A program made the position numbers and the translations under genes. 64,000 nucleotides of DNA. It comes from Bacteroidetes bacterium OLB10 (GTDB lineage Bacteria; Bacteroidota; Bacteroidia; AKYH767-A; OLB10). How positions within the stretch are numbered: position 1 is the first letter of the stretch; each line of letters starts with the position of its first letter. Below are positions 8,986 to 19,700 of the stretch, in pieces. Below the pieces are notes generated by a model. It had not been told where the DNA came from, did no database searches, and saw only the letters and a list, made by a program, of their open reading frames with translations. The DNA lies in assembly GCA_001567275.1 (NCBI GenBank), contig LNBX01000040.1, positions 7,169-71,168 on the forward strand. The letters run 5' to 3'.

Positions 8986-11760
8986 TTAATTTTTCTTCAG
9001 ATAATCTCTCAGCACATATTGAAGGATTCCCTGATTTCTGTAGTATTCAATTTCAATAGCTGAATCTAACCGTGCTTCCACTTTGAAGTTGGTTTCTTTA
9101 CCTGATGAATGAACCGCTTTTACATCCAGAATTTTATGTGGCTTCAAATCTTTTTCAAGACCGGTGATGGCATAAGTCTCTGTTCCGTCAAGACCGAGTG
9201 ATGCAGCATTTTGACCATTGGTAAATACCAAAGGAGCAACACCCATCCCTACCAGATTGCTTCTGTGAATGCGCTCATAACTTTCAGCAATTACCGCTTT
9301 CACGCCCAGCAGGAATGTTCCTTTGGCAGCCCAGTCGCGTGATGAGCCGGAGCCATATTCTTTTCCTGCAAGAATAATAAGCGGAGTTTTGTCTTTCTGA
9401 TATTGCATGGCTACATCATAAACAGTTTTCACTTCGCCTGTTGGCAGATAGCGACTGAAGCCTCCTTCTTTATCTGAAATTTTATTTTTGATACGCACAT
9501 TGGCAAACGTTCCGCGCATCATCACTTCATGATTTCCTCTGCGCGAACCATAAGAGTTGAATTCTTCTTTGGCTATGCCTTTGCTGCTGAGATAAGCTCC
9601 TGCTGCTGATGTTTCTTTAAATGAACCTGCAGGTGAAATATGATCGGTAGTTACCGAATCTCCTAAGTAAAGCAATACTCTTGCATTAGTAATATCAGTA
9701 ATTGCATCCGGTGTGGCTTTCAGATTTTCGAAGAAAGGTGCCTCACGTATGTAGGTTGAGTTCTGATCCCACTCAAAATTCTGATCGAGTTTTACTTCCA
9801 ATGTTTGCCAGTCGGTTGAACCATCAAAAATAACATCATAAACTTCTTTAAAGTCATCCTGCTTCAAACATTCATTGATGGTATTCTGAATGTCTTCGCG
9901 TGATGGCCAAATGTCTTTCAGATAAACAGGTTCACCATTGGGGTCAAAGTCAATGGGGTCGTTTATTAAATCTATATCTACTCTTCCTGCAAGTGCATAC
10001 GCCACAACCAGCATTGGCGACATGAGGAAGTTCATTTTTACCTGCGGATGCACACGTGCTTCAAAGTTTCTGTTTCCTGATAACACAGAAGCTACCACCA
10101 GTTCGCCTTTGTCAACAGCTGTTGCAATGGCAGGAGGTAATGGTCCTGAATTTCCGATACACGATGTGCAACCATAACCAACGGTATGAAAACGCAAAGC
10201 ATCCAGATCAACATTCAGTCCTGAACGCTCTAAATATTTTGTAACCACTTTAGAACCCGGAGCCAGTGAAGTTTTTACCCAAACTTTTGTTCTCAGCCCT
10301 TTTTCAACAGCATTACGGGCAAGCAATCCTGCGCCTACCATCACAGCAGGGTTTGAAGTATTTGTACAACTGGTAATAGCTGCTATCACAATGCTTCCGT
10401 CACTTACCACAAATTCTTTATGCGGCTGTTTGATTCTTACAGAGTGATGCATCTTGTCCACTTCTACTTCCGATTTTGTTTCGCCATGAAGAGGAACTTT
10501 GCCAAATGTAAATTCAGTACCTGAACCACCTTCCTTCAGCCATGCTGATTCAAGCCGATCTTGCTGAGGCTGATATTCCCGGTTGAATTCACCTTTCAGA
10601 ACTTCGCAGAATTTGTTTCCAAGGTCTTTTACAAAAATTTTATCCTGCGGACGTTTTGGTCCCGATACAGTTGGTTCCAGTGTTGACAAATCCAGTTCAA
10701 CAACGGTTGAATAATTTATTTTTTCGTTTCCTGTTCTCCAGAGGAGATTGTCCTTGCAATATGTTTCTACTATTTTTATCTGCTCTTCTGAGCGGTTGGT
10801 AGAGCGCATATATTCCAGAGTGCGGTCATCAATCGGGAAATAAGTTACTGTACAACCAAATTCAGGCGACATATTACCAATGGTAGCGCGGTCGGTAACA
10901 GTTAAGTTCTGAAGTCCGTCACCAAACACTTCTACAAATTTTCCTACTACTCCTGTTTTGCGAAGCAGATTTGCTATTGCTAAAACAAGGTCGGTGGCTG
11001 TACACTGATTAGGGATTTTTCCTGTAAGTTTCAGTCCTACCACCTGAGGGCATGTAAAGAAAATCGGTTGACCTAACATGGCAGCTTCAGCTTCAATACC
11101 ACCCACACCCCATGCAATTACTCCAATACCGTTTACCATAGGCGTGTGTGAGTCCGTTCCTACCAGTGTGTCAGGAAACAACCATCCGTCTCTGGCAATA
11201 ACTCCTTTAGATAAGTATTCAAGATTCACCTGGTGGCAGATGCCCATTCCGGGAGGTACTACCGTGAAATTTTTCAATCCTTTCTGTGCCCACTTCAGCA
11301 ATTCATAACGTTCTTTGTTGCGGTGAAATTCCAGTTCAACATTTTTGTCGTATGAGTAATCGGTTCCGTAATAATCCACCTGCACAGAGTGGTCAATAAC
11401 CAGGTCAACAGGTATGGCAGGATTTATTTTCTGGCCATCTTTGCCATGGCGAACATATTCTGCACGCAGCGAAGCCATATCCACCACAGCGGGTACTCCC
11501 GTAAAGTCCTGCATCAGAATACGTGCAGGCATGAATGGAATTTCTTTATCTATTTCAGCAGGAGTCCAGTTAAGCAAAGTTTCTACATGCTCATCTGTAA
11601 TGCTGAAACCATCATAGTTGCGCAAAATATTTTCGAGTAAGATGCGTATGCTGAATGGCAAATGTTCTACATTCACTTTCAAATCTTTCAGCGAACTGTA
11701 TTTGTATTTTTTCCCGTTAACTGAAATCTCTTTTACTGCCTGTGCTTTAGAGTAACTCAT
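8986..11760 (-). CDS. acnA: Aconitate hydratase A
   Basis: 924 aa. Aconitase Fe-S cluster cysteine-containing segments …SCTNTSNP… and …YGCTSCIGNSGPL…. Length typical of AcnA. Confidence 0.95.
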   Translation of the reverse strand: MSYSKAQAVKEISVNGKKYKYSSLKDLKVNVEHLPFSIRILLENILRNYDGFSITDEHVETLLNWTPAEIDKEIPFMPARILMQDFTGVPAVVDMASLRAEYVRHGKDGQKINPAIPVDLVIDHSVQVDYYGTDYSYDKNVELEFHRNKERYELLKWAQKGLKNFTVVPPGMGICHQVNLEYLSKGVIARDGWLFPDTLVGTDSHTPMVNGIGVIAWGVGGIEAEAAMLGQPIFFTCPQVVGLKLTGKIPNQCTATDLVLAIANLLRKTGVVGKFVEVFGDGLQNLTVTDRATIGNMSPEFGCTVTYFPIDDRTLEYMRSTNRSEEQIKIVETYCKDNLLWRTGNEKINYSTVVELDLSTLEPTVSGPKRPQDKIFVKDLGNKFCEVLKGEFNREYQPQQDRLESAWLKEGGSGTEFTFGKVPLHGETKSEVEVDKMHHSVRIKQPHKEFVVSDGSIVIAAITSCTNTSNPAVMVGAGLLARNAVEKGLRTKVWVKTSLAPGSKVVTKYLERSGLNVDLDALRFHTVGYGCTSCIGNSGPLPPAIATAVDKGELVVASVLSGNRNFEARVHPQVKMNFLMSPMLVVAYALAGRVDIDLINDPIDFDPNGEPVYLKDIWPSREDIQNTINECLKQDDFKEVYDVIFDGSTDWQTLEVKLDQNFEWDQNSTYIREAPFFENLKATPDAITDITNARVLLYLGDSVTTDHISPAGSFKETSAAGAYLSSKGIAKEEFNSYGSRRGNHEVMMRGTFANVRIKNKISDKEGGFSRYLPTGEVKTVYDVAMQYQKDKTPLIILAGKEYGSGSSRDWAAKGTFLLGVKAVIAESYERIHRSNLVGMGVAPLVFTNGQNAASLGLDGTETYAITGLEKDLKPHKILDVKAVHSSGKETNFKVEARLDSAIEIEYYRNQGILQYVLRDYLKKN

Positions 11761-11897
11761 ATATCAGATGTTTTTATTTTAGTTTTAAAAATTGCTTTTG
11801 AAAAGCAGCGCAAAGTAACCACAATTAGACAAATTTTCGATTTGCTATTGATAAATTTTTCTTTTCGGACTTGTTAGGTTTACTTTGTAACAGATAA

Positions 11898-13367
11898 ATG
11901 ATTCCAATTGTTCAAAACAGCAGCGAATTTGGTGATGCCACAGCTATCATTGACAATAGCGGGACGTACACCTACAACCATTTAAGGCAACAGGCCTTAA
12001 TAATTGCCCATGCCTTAGAGGGTAGAAAAATTGCTGCACAGCCGGTTTTGTATCTTTTCCCTTCCGGATTTCAGTATGTTGCAGTGCAGTGGGGTATTTG
12101 GCTTAGCGGAAATATGGCTGTTCCGGTGCATACTGCCCATACACCTCATGAAATTGATTATTTTATTGAAGATTCAGGAGCCACTTTGTTGATTTGCGAC
12201 AAAACGCTGAAACATCTGACCACACATTTGAAGAACAACATTGTGCAGGCAGATTTTGAAGAGCTGATACAGGAGTCGCATCATAACAAACGAATTCCTC
12301 GTGTAAAACCGGAAAGTAACGCACTGATGATTTATACCAGCGGAACAACTGGAAAACCCAAAGGTGTGGTGATAAGTCATGAGCAATTGGACACACAAAT
12401 ACGTTCATTAAGCAAGGCTTGGGAATGGAAAAGCTCTGACAGGATACTGAATGTGCTGCCTATGCACCATGTGCATGGCGTAGTGAATATTACCTGCTGT
12501 GCACTTTACAACGGTGCTACTGTGGAAATGCAACCTCAGTTTGATGCTGCCTGTGTTGCCGAACGTATGGCAAGCGGTCAGCTTACCTTGTTTATGGCTG
12601 TGCCAACCATTTATCATAAACTGATACAACATTTTGAAAAACTTAACAACGAAGAGCGACATCAGTGGCAACATGGAATGAAATCTATGCGACTGATGGT
12701 TAGCGGATCGGCAGCACTGCCAATGCCAACTTTGGCGCGCTGGAAAGTAGTAAGCGGACATACTTTGCTGGAGCGTTATGGTATGACGGAAATCGGTATG
12801 GCTTTATCCAATCCGCTGCATGGCGAACGTAGAGCAGGAACTGTTGGTTTCCCTTTACCGTTTGTTGAAGTAAAAATAGCAGACGAATCAGGCAATGAAA
12901 TAAAAGATGCAGGCACTCCGGGAGAGTTATATGTAAAAGGAAAAACGGTTTTTAAACAGTACTGGAATAAACCGGAAGAAACTGCAAATGCATTTGTTGA
13001 CGGATGGTTTAAAACCGGTGATGTGGCAGAGAAAAGCAGTGACGGTTATTTCAAAATTTTAGGACGTAAGTCAAGTGATATCATCAAGTCGGGAGGTTAT
13101 AAAATCTCAGCACTTGAAATTGAAAACGTGCTTCTTTCGCATGAGCGCATCAGCGAATGTGCTGTGATTGCTTTGCCTGATGTGGTATGGGGCGAAACCA
13201 TAGCTGCTGCCATTGTAGGAAATGTTTTGCAAAGTGAACTTACAGAATGGCTGAGAGATAAAATGGCAGGATATAAGCAGCCTCGTCATTTTGTTTTTGT
13301 GAAACAACTGCCCAGAAATGCCATGGGAAAAATTTTAAAACCGGAAGTAAGAAATCTGTTTAAATAA
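11898..13367 (+). CDS. AMP-dependent synthetase/ligase (acyl-CoA synthetase family)
   Basis: AMP-binding motif IYTSGTTGKPKGV. C-terminal …GYKIS…E.E…. Confidence 0.85.
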   Translation: MIPIVQNSSEFGDATAIIDNSGTYTYNHLRQQALIIAHALEGRKIAAQPVLYLFPSGFQYVAVQWGIWLSGNMAVPVHTAHTPHEIDYFIEDSGATLLICDKTLKHLTTHLKNNIVQADFEELIQESHHNKRIPRVKPESNALMIYTSGTTGKPKGVVISHEQLDTQIRSLSKAWEWKSSDRILNVLPMHHVHGVVNITCCALYNGATVEMQPQFDAACVAERMASGQLTLFMAVPTIYHKLIQHFEKLNNEERHQWQHGMKSMRLMVSGSAALPMPTLARWKVVSGHTLLERYGMTEIGMALSNPLHGERRAGTVGFPLPFVEVKIADESGNEIKDAGTPGELYVKGKTVFKQYWNKPEETANAFVDGWFKTGDVAEKSSDGYFKILGRKSSDIIKSGGYKISALEIENVLLSHERISECAVIALPDVVWGETIAAAIVGNVLQSELTEWLRDKMAGYKQPRHFVFVKQLPRNAMGKILKPEVRNLFK

Positions 13368-13368
13368 A

Positions 13369-13400
13369 AAACGGACTACATCATGCAGTCCGTTTTTTTA
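13369..13400. terminator. Bidirectional terminator (aaaaacggactacatcatgcagtccgtttttt)
   Basis: 7-bp stem acggact/agtccgt flanked by an A-run and a T-run, between convergent genes. Confidence 0.6.
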
Positions 13401-13422
13401 CCAAGTATTTTTTGCAAAGAAT

Positions 13423-14343
13423 TTATTTCACTACCATACGTTGGGTGTAAGTCATATTGGAAGTTTTGATATTCAGAAAATAAATACCTGAAGTTAGTGC
13501 AGAGGCATCAAATCCAATAATTTTATCATCATCAGCATAGGCTTCGGCTTGTGTACAGAGTTTACCCAATAAATTATATACATCCAGTTTTACCAAACCA
13601 TTTTCAGCATCCTGCGGTAAAATAATAGTAGCATTTTCTTCTACAGGATTGGGATAAATAACAGGAATCATTATTTCTGCTTCGTTAGCCAGACGAGCAG
13701 TTTGTATATGCGAGTAAGTGATGGTAAGTTTTGGTCTGATAGCAGGATTAGGATTGTCGCTCGAAGCAAAAATCAGCTTCTTATACACACATTCACTTTG
13801 CAGACTCAGCATAAAACCAAAACTTGATGCAGGAAATCTTCTGGAATCGAGAATCAGTTTTTTCACGTTGATATTTGTAAAACTCTGATTTGAAGATGTT
13901 GTAGCCGGTAACGATACTCTGTTGAGTGCAGTAGTTGACGGCTGATTATTCCAAGTCACGGTTGATTCAGTCCAGCTTGAAGTAATTCTTTGCAGATAAC
14001 TGTCGTTGCAACCTAAAAACTGTGCGTGACTTCCTTCTTCACTCGTTGGATTGAAGTATAATGAAAGTGTAGCACTGTGAATGATGGCACTTTGTGGAAT
14101 CTGACTCAGGTCGAACTCAATCAGCGAGCGAACGATAGAGGTGTTACCGCTTTTAGTCCAGGCAATAGCGTTGAAGTCGCGCTTGGTGCCATAGTTGTGG
14201 TTGGCATATCCGCAGGGAACACAACTGAAAATTTCAGCGTCTTTTCCGTCAGACGGACCGGGTTGCAAAACAAGTGTAGTTTGAGCCTGCAAGCTAAGGA
14301 TGGTTGAACTTAAAATTGCAGCAAGAGTTATTGTTCTTATCAT
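13423..14343 (-). CDS. Secreted protein with DNRLRE-like jelly-roll domain and T9SS C-terminal sorting domain
   Basis: Signal peptide MIRTITLAAILSSTILSLQAQ. Mid region (…R.L.EFDLSQIP.SA.I.SATL.L…VTWNNQP) resembles the DNRLRE domain. C-terminus IYPNPVEENATIILP…LDVYNLLGKL…IYFLNIK is a typical Por/T9SS CTD. ATG at 14343 preferred. Confidence 0.6.
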   Translation of the reverse strand: MIRTITLAAILSSTILSLQAQTTLVLQPGPSDGKDAEIFSCVPCGYANHNYGTKRDFNAIAWTKSGNTSIVRSLIEFDLSQIPQSAIIHSATLSLYFNPTSEEGSHAQFLGCNDSYLQRITSSWTESTVTWNNQPSTTALNRVSLPATTSSNQSFTNINVKKLILDSRRFPASSFGFMLSLQSECVYKKLIFASSDNPNPAIRPKLTITYSHIQTARLANEAEIMIPVIYPNPVEENATIILPQDAENGLVKLDVYNLLGKLCTQAEAYADDDKIIGFDASALTSGIYFLNIKTSNMTYTQRMVVK

Positions 14344-14491
14344 AATGGGTGATTTAAAATTCACCTCTAAAGTAATATATTTTTAAATTAAAAAATCCAA
14401 TAATCCGCTAAATGTTGCAATTATGAGGTAAAAACAGTGCGTTTTATGAATAAAGTAACCCTCTGTCTGCTTTTTAAACATGATTTTCATT

Positions 14492-14851
14492 TTATCCGTG
14501 ATACACTCGCGAAGCCTTTATCAATCCATTAGTTCCAATTTCCAGAACTTCTGCCACAAGCATATCTTCTTCGCCCTGTACCTGACGAATGTATTCCATA
14601 AATACCCGTTGGTTGTTGGCAGTAAGTGTCTGTACCTGATAATGCAAAGTCGGCAAACGGTCGAATGCATCTTTCCACCATTGGCGCAATGCTGGTTTTC
14701 CTTTTACCAACCCATGTGTTTCAGGATGTCTTATTTTTAGTTTCGGACTGTAATGTTCAGCATTATTATCATATAAACTCAACAGGTTTTCGAGATGATG
14801 TTCGTTAAATGCTTCGAACCATTTTTGTGCAATGGCAATATTGGAAGTCAT
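14492..14851 (-). CDS. NTF2-like/SnoaL-like small protein
   Basis: 119 aa. Pattern …AQKWFEAFNEHHLENLLSLYDNNAEHYSP… is typical of ketosteroid-isomerase/SnoaL folds. Confidence 0.5.
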   Translation of the reverse strand: MTSNIAIAQKWFEAFNEHHLENLLSLYDNNAEHYSPKLKIRHPETHGLVKGKPALRQWWKDAFDRLPTLHYQVQTLTANNQRVFMEYIRQVQGEEDMLVAEVLEIGTNGLIKASRVYHG

Positions 14852-14918
14852 GTTTGTGCAGAATGAAATTTTTATGCTTCCAAAGATAAACAGTGAAAAC
14901 GACAGGCTGAATAATTAA

Positions 14919-15293
14919 TCACATATACGGATAAAAAGCATCTTCAATCATCTTCAGCTCATGGCGACCGTTGTGAATGACGATGGAAATAATATCGTAA
15001 CGCACTTCCACATCCAGATTTCTGGAAATAATATAATGATCCGCAGCTGTTGCCAGAAAGCGCTCTTTTGCTTTCGTTACGCCATCTTCAGGCTCACCGA
15101 AATAGTCACCGCTTCGTGTTTTTACTTCGACAATGCTCAGTACGTTTCCTTTGCGGGCAATGATGTCAATTTCAAGTTTACCGAATCGCCAGTTGCGTTC
15201 CACAATTTCATAACCGTTTTCCCTGAGGTGAGCTACGGCTAGGTTTTCACCTTCGCGGCCCAGCTGTGCACTTTGGTTATTTGTCGGTTCCAT
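14919..15293 (-). CDS. YraN-family endonuclease (UPF0102)
   Basis: …GEN.A..HL...GY.I.ERNWR....E.DIIA.KG..L..VEVKTR… is the YraN signature. ATG for M37 of the track ORF chosen; overlaps the upstream gene by ~17 bp. Confidence 0.7.
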   Translation of the reverse strand: MEPTNNQSAQLGREGENLAVAHLRENGYEIVERNWRFGKLEIDIIARKGNVLSIVEVKTRSGDYFGEPEDGVTKAKERFLATAADHYIISRNLDVEVRYDIISIVIHNGRHELKMIEDAFYPYM

Positions 15294-16617
15294 ACCAGTT
15301 GATTTTCCGTGACAGGTACATGACTGTTGCCAATACAACAAACAAACCGATGCTACCAAGCAACAATGCATAATCCTGCAGTTGAATAATGGAGAAAACA
15401 AACGTATATAGAATAATCAGTGAAAGTGTAAACAACAGCGTAAGCCGTGTGCTTTTGAAAATAGTTTTGGTATAAAGTCCAATCATGGCGATGATGGCTG
15501 CAGCAGCCAGTATGTAAGCTTTGTTAAAACTCATATACTCACTTAGTGAAAGAAGCAAAGTATAAAACAAACACAAGGCTACACCCACCAGTATGTACTG
15601 AAACGGATGAATACGTTTGCGGTTGAGCACTTCGATAAAGAAGAATAAAGTAAACGACAGAGTAATAAGCAGAATGGCATATTTGGCACTGCGATATGTT
15701 TTTTGATAATTGTCAACAGGGATTAAGAACTTAACACCAAAAGCTGATTCGCTGATTCCTGCAGGAACACCACGAAATTTCTGCGCATAGTTGCGGTTGA
15801 GATGAAACACTTTCCATTGTGCGTCAAAACCTTTATCGCTTACATGATGGCTGTCGGGCAAAAATGCACCATCAAAGCTTGGATCTTTCCATGTGGATTT
15901 TAAAAATACCTGAGTTTCTTTTCCAAGCGGCAGAAAATACATTTCCTTGCTGCCATTTAATTTTAATGACATGTTGAAACTCATTCTTGCAGAATCCTGA
16001 TTCTGTGATTCTGTCAGCGGCATTCTAATGCTTACACCTGATTCCTGAATGTCGTGGTTGTCGAGGCCCGGATTGAATTCAATGTTTTGACCATTCAGAT
16101 TTACCGACAAACGTTGTTTCACACCTCTGAGGTCGGAAATTCCAAGCGTAATGGTTGACTCTTTCCAAAGAATATCGCCATCAGCAATATTCCACTCCGA
16201 AAAATCAGGATATGAAAAACTTCCTTCAATGTTAAGATTAGATTTATAAACAACAGCTTCGTAGATACTTCTGTGTCTTATTTCCGGATCAAAATCACCT
16301 GTAATTTTTAACTCATCCGGAAGGAAATGTGCATAACGAACTTCAGAGATTCGTTTGCCATCTTCGTTGGTAAATGCAGTAGTATATGGTACGTTGATGA
16401 CAGGCCCGCTGATGGTTTGTGCATTACCCCATTTCTCCGAAATTTCATTCACTGCATCCTCATGGGTCATTTGCCTTTCGCGTATTAAACTCTCTACCAT
16501 ATTGGATGGTATCATCAGAAGGAGAATAAGTATTCCCATGCTGAGTAATTTAACCATCACAGAATTTTTCAGCCAGTTGCTGAGTTTGTCAAACAGAGAG
16601 GGAGAAGTATTTTCCAT
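15277..16617 (-). CDS. Cell-envelope integrity inner-membrane protein CreD-like
   Basis: 446 aa. N-terminal TM + periplasmic domain + C-terminal TM cluster. N-terminus …KLLSMGILILLLMIPSNMVESLIRERQ… matches CreD-family topology. Confidence 0.55.
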   Translation of the reverse strand: MENTSPSLFDKLSNWLKNSVMVKLLSMGILILLLMIPSNMVESLIRERQMTHEDAVNEISEKWGNAQTISGPVINVPYTTAFTNEDGKRISEVRYAHFLPDELKITGDFDPEIRHRSIYEAVVYKSNLNIEGSFSYPDFSEWNIADGDILWKESTITLGISDLRGVKQRLSVNLNGQNIEFNPGLDNHDIQESGVSIRMPLTESQNQDSARMSFNMSLKLNGSKEMYFLPLGKETQVFLKSTWKDPSFDGAFLPDSHHVSDKGFDAQWKVFHLNRNYAQKFRGVPAGISESAFGVKFLIPVDNYQKTYRSAKYAILLITLSFTLFFFIEVLNRKRIHPFQYILVGVALCLFYTLLLSLSEYMSFNKAYILAAAAIIAMIGLYTKTIFKSTRLTLLFTLSLIILYTFVFSIIQLQDYALLLGSIGLFVVLATVMYLSRKINWYGTDK

Positions 16618-16635
16618 AAAATTTCAAGTTAAAAA

Positions 16636-16686
16636 GATGTCTGCTATACTTAACGTAGTTTAATTACGCTAAGTATAACAGACATC
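16636..16686 (-). terminator. Rho-independent terminator of the RND efflux operon (22-bp imperfect stem + T-run on minus strand)
   Basis: gatgtctgctatacttaacgta-gtttaat-tacgctaagtataacagacatc. On the minus strand the hairpin is followed by ttttt. Confidence 0.65.
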
Positions 16687-16725
16687 AAACTTACAAAAAT
16701 ACTTTGCTGAAAAATCAACAGGCCA

Positions 16726-19700
16726 TCAGGCTATCAGCTCATTTTCCGGCTCCTTGGTACGTTTTAATTTTTTGGAAAGTCGTGCTTTCAGATTTTCGGA
16801 CATGAGATACATCACCGGAACCAAAAACAAAGTGAGGAATGTTGCGAACATCAACCCAAAAATCATAGTCCAGGAGAGCGGTCCCCAGAAGGATGTACTG
16901 TCGCCACCGATGAAAATATGCGGATTGAATTCAGTGAAGAGAGTTACGAAATCAATATTCAAACCAATGGCAAGAGGAATCAATCCTAAGGATGTTGCCG
17001 TAGCAGTAAGAATTACAGGTGTCATACGTGTGCGGCCTGCTTCTACAATGGCTTCATAAGGCCCGACACCTTGCTCGCGCAACATCTCAGCAAACTCAAC
17101 AAGCAAAATACCGTTCCTCACCACAATACCTGCAAGAGCAACAATGCCAATTCCTGTCATCACAATGGAGAAACTCATTTTGAACAATGAAAAACCGAGC
17201 AGCACACCAATGATACTGAAAATAATTTCAGAAAGAATAATCACCGGCTTACCTATTGAATTAAACTGTATAACCAGAATTATAAATATCAACCCTAATG
17301 AAATCAGCAAAGCATTCCCAAGAAAAGCTGATGTTTCAGCCTGTTCTTCCTGCGAGCCTCCGAATTTAATATCTACTCCATCGGTTTTAGGAAATTGTTT
17401 TACTGCAGCCATTACGTTGCCTACCACTTCAGCTTCGCGACTTTGATAATCGGTGAGCAGATTGGACGAAATAGTTACAATTCGTTTCTGGTTTTTACGC
17501 TTGATAACTCCATACGTATTGTCATATTTTATGGAAGCGAAAGACGCAACAGGAACACTTCTGATAACACCACCCATTCCCATATCACGATATGTTACAC
17601 GGATGCTGTTTAATAAACTTACATCATATCGTTGATTTTGTTTATAGCGAAGCATGATTTTATATTCGTCATTCTGGTCGCGGTACTTTGAAACTTCACG
17701 CCCCAGCACAGCCATATTAATTTCATTTCCTAATGTACCGGTAAAAATTCCCAGACGGTTCATGTGTTCGCGGTCAATATCAAAAGTTATTTGTGGTTTT
17801 CTGTCCTGCAAATCCGATTTCAATTCTTCCACACCGTCAATGCGCAGTGAGTCGAGATAGCGTTTCAGATTTTCAGAAGTTGTTGCAATAGCCTGCAAAT
17901 CATCTCCTGTTATTTCAATACTGATAGGCTTACCTACAGGAGGTCCGTTTTGTTCCTGCGATACGGTTATCTCTGCACCGGGAACCACATTTTTTACTGC
18001 TTCACGAATCTGATCCAGATATTTTACTGTGGACACACCATGGCGTTTACTGAATTCAACAAATGCAACTTCTATCTTACTTTTATTGGCATAATATCCC
18101 TGATCTTCATCAGAAGGGTCGGTTACATTTTCGCCAACACTAGCGATAACCGATTTTACTACATCATTCTTTTCACCAACTACTGCATATACTTTGCTTT
18201 CGAGAACCTTTGTTACCGAATCGGTATATGCCTGATCAGTGCCCACAGGAAGTGAAGTAAAGACATAAATAAAATTAGGATCGCTGCTTGGGAAAAAACT
18301 TACACCACCATTGCGGATGCCAATAGCAATGAATGATAAAATAAGTAATCCTATTGTACCTCCCATCATCCAGCCGGTACGATGAAGTGCTTTTTCAAGA
18401 AGCTGTGAATATAGTTTCTGTATTGCAGGCCAGACTTTTGTTTGAAAGCTATGAATAACTTTATGCAGCCAGAAACGGTGCAACAGATGAATCAAAAACA
18501 GGAACAGAGTGAAATTTCCCATTCCGGGTACACCTGAAACATAAAACAATACAGCAATAGCTATAAAAATAACAGCCGTTATTTTCAATCCTTTGTAAGG
18601 GTCGTGTTTTTGCTCATGTTTTTTCATAAAGTTGACTGCAAAAACAGGATTGATGATATATGCTACCACCAGTGATGCAAGCAGTGTGATGATGAGTGTT
18701 ATGGGAAGGAAAAACATAAACTTACCTATAATACCTTTCCAGAATGCGAGTGGTACAAATGGTGCAAGGGTAGTGAGTGTACCTGATAATACAGGAAGGA
18801 AAACTTCGCCTGTAGCCATCTTGGCTGCTCTCACGATATTCATTTTTCCGTTGTCGAAAATACGATGTGTGTTTTCTATCACCACAATGGCATCATCCAC
18901 TACAATTCCCAGCGCAAGCAGAAATGAAAATAATACAATAAAGTTGATCGTAAATCCTATGATTGGCAGGACAAGAAATGCCACACACATGGAAAGTGGT
19001 ACTGACAATGCTACGAAGAAAGCATTATTCACTCCCATAAAGAACATCAGTACAAGTAATACCAGAATAAAGCCAATTACAATGGTGTTGATAAGGTCGT
19101 GCAACTGAATACGTGTAGTTTCACTCTGATCACCTGTGAGTACTACATTCAGATCTTTTGGCCATTCGGCTTTAAGTTCGTTTACAATATTTACAATTTT
19201 ATCAGAAGCGTCAATCAGATTTTCTCCTGATCGTTTCACAACACTCAGTGTAATCACATTCTTATGGTTCAGTCGTGCATAGCTTTCCTGTTCTTTGAAT
19301 GAGTCAACAACCTCTGCAACATCTTTCAGATAAACAGGTGCTCCTGTCATAGTTTTTACAACGAGATTTTTTAACTGATCTACATTGGTGAATTCTCCGG
19401 TGACACTTAACGATCTTCTCGTTCCGTCATTCATTCGTACACCACCTCCCGGAACAGTCATATTTTCATATTTAACTGCAGTTTCGATATCAGACATGGT
19501 TAAACCTGCAGCCTGCAGTTTCAGCATGTCAACATTGATTTGTATTTCACGCTCGAGTGCACCAATAATTTTTACCTCTTTTACCTCTTTAAGGCTTTCC
19601 ATTTTATCTTTTGCGTCATCTGCATATTTTTTCAGCTTGGCAAGATCATAGTCACCATAAAGATTTACTGCCATAATAGGCAAGTCCGAAAAATTTACTT

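Noticed and set aside
14961-15242. 93-aa plus-strand ORF inside the YraN gene, and the 160-aa extended YraN ORF
   Set aside because: The antisense ORF lacks features. The long YraN form carries an implausible Cys-rich N-terminus overlapping creD. The internal Met (start ~15293) gives the canonical ~125-aa YraN.
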